Positions 61,663-64,000 of a stretch of DNA of 64,000 nt are shown one piece after another; within the stretch, counting starts at the first letter, position 1, and each line of letters opens with the position of its first letter. The notes beneath the pieces are model-generated. The model ran no database searches. It was given only the letters and a program-made list of their open reading frames with translations, and was not told the DNA's origin. The position numbers and the translations under genes were made by a program. Origin of the DNA: Hemiscyllium ocellatum (Eukaryota); assembly GCF_020745735.1 (NCBI RefSeq), contig NC_083435.1:13795201-13859200 (forward strand). The letters are read 5' to 3'.

Positions 61663-61832
61663 ATAATGATTTGGAGATGCCGGTGTTGGTCTGGGGTGTA
61701 CAAAGTTAAAAATCACACAACACCAGGTTATAGTCCAACAGGTTTAATTGGAAGCACACTAGCTTTCGGAGTGACCCTTCTTCATCAGGTGGTACCTGTT
61801 GGACTATAACCTGGTGTTGTGTGATTTTTAAC
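61663..61832. mobile_element. Family B element with a short inverted arm and decayed hammerhead
   Basis: atgatttggagatgccgg...gctttcggagtgacccttcttcatcaggtgg-tacctgttggactataacctggtgttgtgtg. Flanks gaagttaaata/gaagtgaaata look like a TSD. Confidence 0.82.
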
Positions 61833-62799
61833 GAAGTGAAATAACTTACTGTTATTTCCAGCAGGGCCTGTTTCATTATTTTGACTTCCTATATTAAAAC
61901 GTGTAGAGGTCTCTAAACCCATGCTGCCCCTTTCCTGGGAGTGTTTGATGTAGACAGAATTTTACTTTGATCTTCTTTTCAGTTTTAAAGAGTAGAAGAA
62001 GCAATTCTCTTTATGTAACCTCGTGCTGTCACTGTCCTGGGTGTGGTTAAAGGAGACACTATAGAATCAAATTTATGCTGTATCTAACTTGCGCTGTACC
62101 TGCCCCTCATCTTGCCTCAATCACATTTGTTGTCATAATTATCTATTATCTTCTCCCTCTAATACCTGCCTAGTTTCCCCTTATTCTACACGAACTTTTG
62201 TATTGATTTCAACCACGTTTTGTGGTAGTGAGTTCCACATTCTCACCACACTTCAGCAAAGGCAGTTCCTCTGAATTTCCTATTGGATTTCTTGGTTATG
62301 GTCTTAGATTGATGAACTCTTAATCCTCACCTCCCCACAAAAAGAAGCACAGGGTCAACGGAAGTCCGAACACTCCAGTGGTTTCACTGAGAGAAAGGGA
62401 AATGGTTGCGGCTAGCAAACCCAAGTCATCATGTCTCCCAGGGTGTCGCAGCAACAGCCCCAGAGGTAAAGTGAACTTCGTGTAGCCACTTTGGCAGTTG
62501 TTTTCAATTACCTTCCCTTAATCCAAAGGCAAATTGTAGGGCTGTTTGACGATGCTTTCAAAGTGCACATCACACTCTTGCAGTATTCATTGGTGATGCA
62601 GAACAGAAGGGCATTCAGCCAATTGTGGTCATAATGGCTGGTTACCCCTATTTCTTCCTTCTAGCCCTCTAAATTCTTTCCTTTCCATTATTTAACATTT
62701 CTTTCTCGACCACTCCTTCGATGAAGTGAAGCAACCCATAGCAGTCGACCCTGGGTCACATTTACGCCAGCAGTAATGACCTGATCTTCAACAGGTTTT

Positions 62800-63082
62800 T
62801 TTTTTAAGATTAGATTACTTACAGTGTGGAAACAAGCCTTTCAGCCCAACAAGTCCACACCGACCCACCGAAGCGCAACCCACCCAGACCCATTCCCCTA
62901 CATTTACCCCTTCACCTAACACTACGGGCAATTTAGCGTGGCCAATTCACCTAACCCGGAGGAAACCCACGCAGACATGGGGAGAATGTGCAAACTCCAC
63001 GCAGAGAGTCGCGTTTGGCTGGAATTGAACCTGGGTGTCTGGCACTGTGAGGCAGCAGTGCTAACCACTGTGTGCCACCCAC
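62800..63082 (-). mobile_element. HE1-type SINE with an internal deletion
   Basis: agattagattacttacagtgtggaaac...gcagcagtgctaaccactgtgtgccaccc. Confidence 0.85.
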
Positions 63083-63439
63083 AAATTACCATTGAGTTTC
63101 CTCCCACTGTGACCTTTTGAGGGTCTCGACAGGCTGAATGACTCCTACTTATTTCTACTACACCACCTCACATATTTTCCTTCAATACACACACCTTGCA
63201 TTCATTGTTCCTTCAGTGATGCTGGGACAGTATTGATGGTGGAATGGACTTTCAACACATGCTGCATAGTTTGCAATAAATCAACAAAACTAAAAATCCT
63301 AAGTTTGGCCTAAGCATTGGACACAAACATGCCCTTGCAAACGTCACCCTCTGCCTCAAATGGAATACATGACAATTCACATTCAATTTGTTAACTTGTT
63401 GTTGCTAATGCTTCATTCTTTCTCTGCTACTGTTTCAAA

Positions 63440-64000
63440 TTCAATTTCCAACAAAACAATGTCTAAACATCCAAACCAAAAACAAAATGCTGCTGCTGCT
63501 GCAAATTTGAAAGACTCAGCAAGTCTGGCAACTTCTGTGGAGAGAGAAACAGAGTTAATGTTTCAGTCCTACGTCCTTTCATCAGAACGGGGAGTGCTGA
63601 GAGATGTAACAGTTTCCAAACAAGGGATGAAAAGGCAGAGGGAATGGAAAAAAACAAGTGAGAACATCACTGATAGTTGGGGTGGGGGGGGTGGGGGGGG
63701 GGGTGGCAGGAGAGATGATGCAAGCAAAAAGGGATGCCAATGGATGAAGTTAAAAAACATAAAATGTGAATCCAGAAAAAAAGGTATAAATGGGCAAAGC
63801 AGAATCGCCAATCAACATGTGCCTTCAGAAACAGGAATCGAGATCAAAATCTGAAATTGCTGAAGTCAGTGTTGGGCCTGTTGGGTGCCTAAGTGGAAGA
63901 TGAGGTACTGTTCCTCTAGGTTTACATTCAGCACTATTGGAAAATTGCAGCAGAGTGAAGATAGAGAGGACAGACTAGGAGCGAGGTGGAGAATTAGAAC
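63440..64000 (-). mobile_element. Penelope-like element 3' fragment with a decayed family C hammerhead (63554-63588)
   Basis: Minus strand gtt-CTGATGA-aaggacgtaggact-GAAA-catt-aac-tctgtttctctctccacag; upstream sequence resembles the endonuclease C-terminus (ctagaggaacagtacctcatcttccac). Confidence 0.72.

Larger units (their letters stand above)
58788..62105 (+). repeat. Dispersed, decayed ~70-bp satellite-like units (about 58788-58935, 59441-59495, 61285-61425, 61910-61965, 62010-62105)
   Basis: Recurring core tgctgtccctg.cctgggagtgtttgatggggaca..tagag..agctttactct.tatc. Confidence 0.75.

Noticed and set aside
62331-62386. Minus-strand exon-like block upstream of the AIF1 62-nt exon (ETTGVFGLPLTLCFFLWG)
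   Set aside because: No similarity to AIF1, and the donor lies in a decayed CR1 fragment; at most a cryptic or UTR exon.
63195-63201. Candidate AIF1 first coding exon ATG CAA G|gtgtgt (MQ-GGKAF)
   Set aside because: Weak donor, an in-frame TGA immediately upstream, a better-context ATG out of frame, and much shorter than known AIF1 N-termini. The true ATG exon was not located and may lie outside the window.
4735-63590. Recurring CTGATGAAGG...GAAA repeats as a CRISPR-like array or box C/D snoRNAs
   Set aside because: The repeats are dispersed, sit at retroelement termini with TSDs and lack regular spacers; the hammerhead fold explains them better.

Overview
Eukaryotic, repeat-dense DNA from a cartilaginous fish, probably a carpet/bamboo-type shark; this is inferred from HE1-type SINEs, shark CR1 LINEs and Penelope-like elements. 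Two protein-coding genes can be reconstructed, both on the minus strand. (1) AIF1/Iba1: five coding exons at 59318-59379, 55207-55273, 50129-50170, 47462-47624 and 47187-47271. Their sizes (62/67/42/163 nt plus a terminal exon) match the human exon sizes as I recall them; the ATG exon was not located. (2) An un-named type I membrane receptor with a leader, one VJ-type Ig V domain, a Cys-containing stalk, an uncharged TM helix and a multi-exon tail with two tyrosines (26644 to 7306), resembling the NKp30/NCR3-XMIV-CD28 group. The pairing with AIF1 recalls the NCR3-AIF1 segment of the mammalian MHC class III region. An intronless, decayed RPL11 retrocopy lies antisense in a receptor intron. The rest is mostly CR1, Rex1-like and L1/Tx1-like LINE fragments, HE1 and other tRNA-derived SINEs, solo LTRs, a frameshifted Penelope-like element (RT + GIY-YIG), and more than a dozen short Penelope-derived elements. 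These carry minimal hammerhead-ribozyme motifs in three covarying families, often as inverted pairs with 15-16 bp target-site duplications. Most entries in the ORF track are repeat-derived or spurious. All analysis was by eye; no searches were run, and repeat boundaries are approximate.
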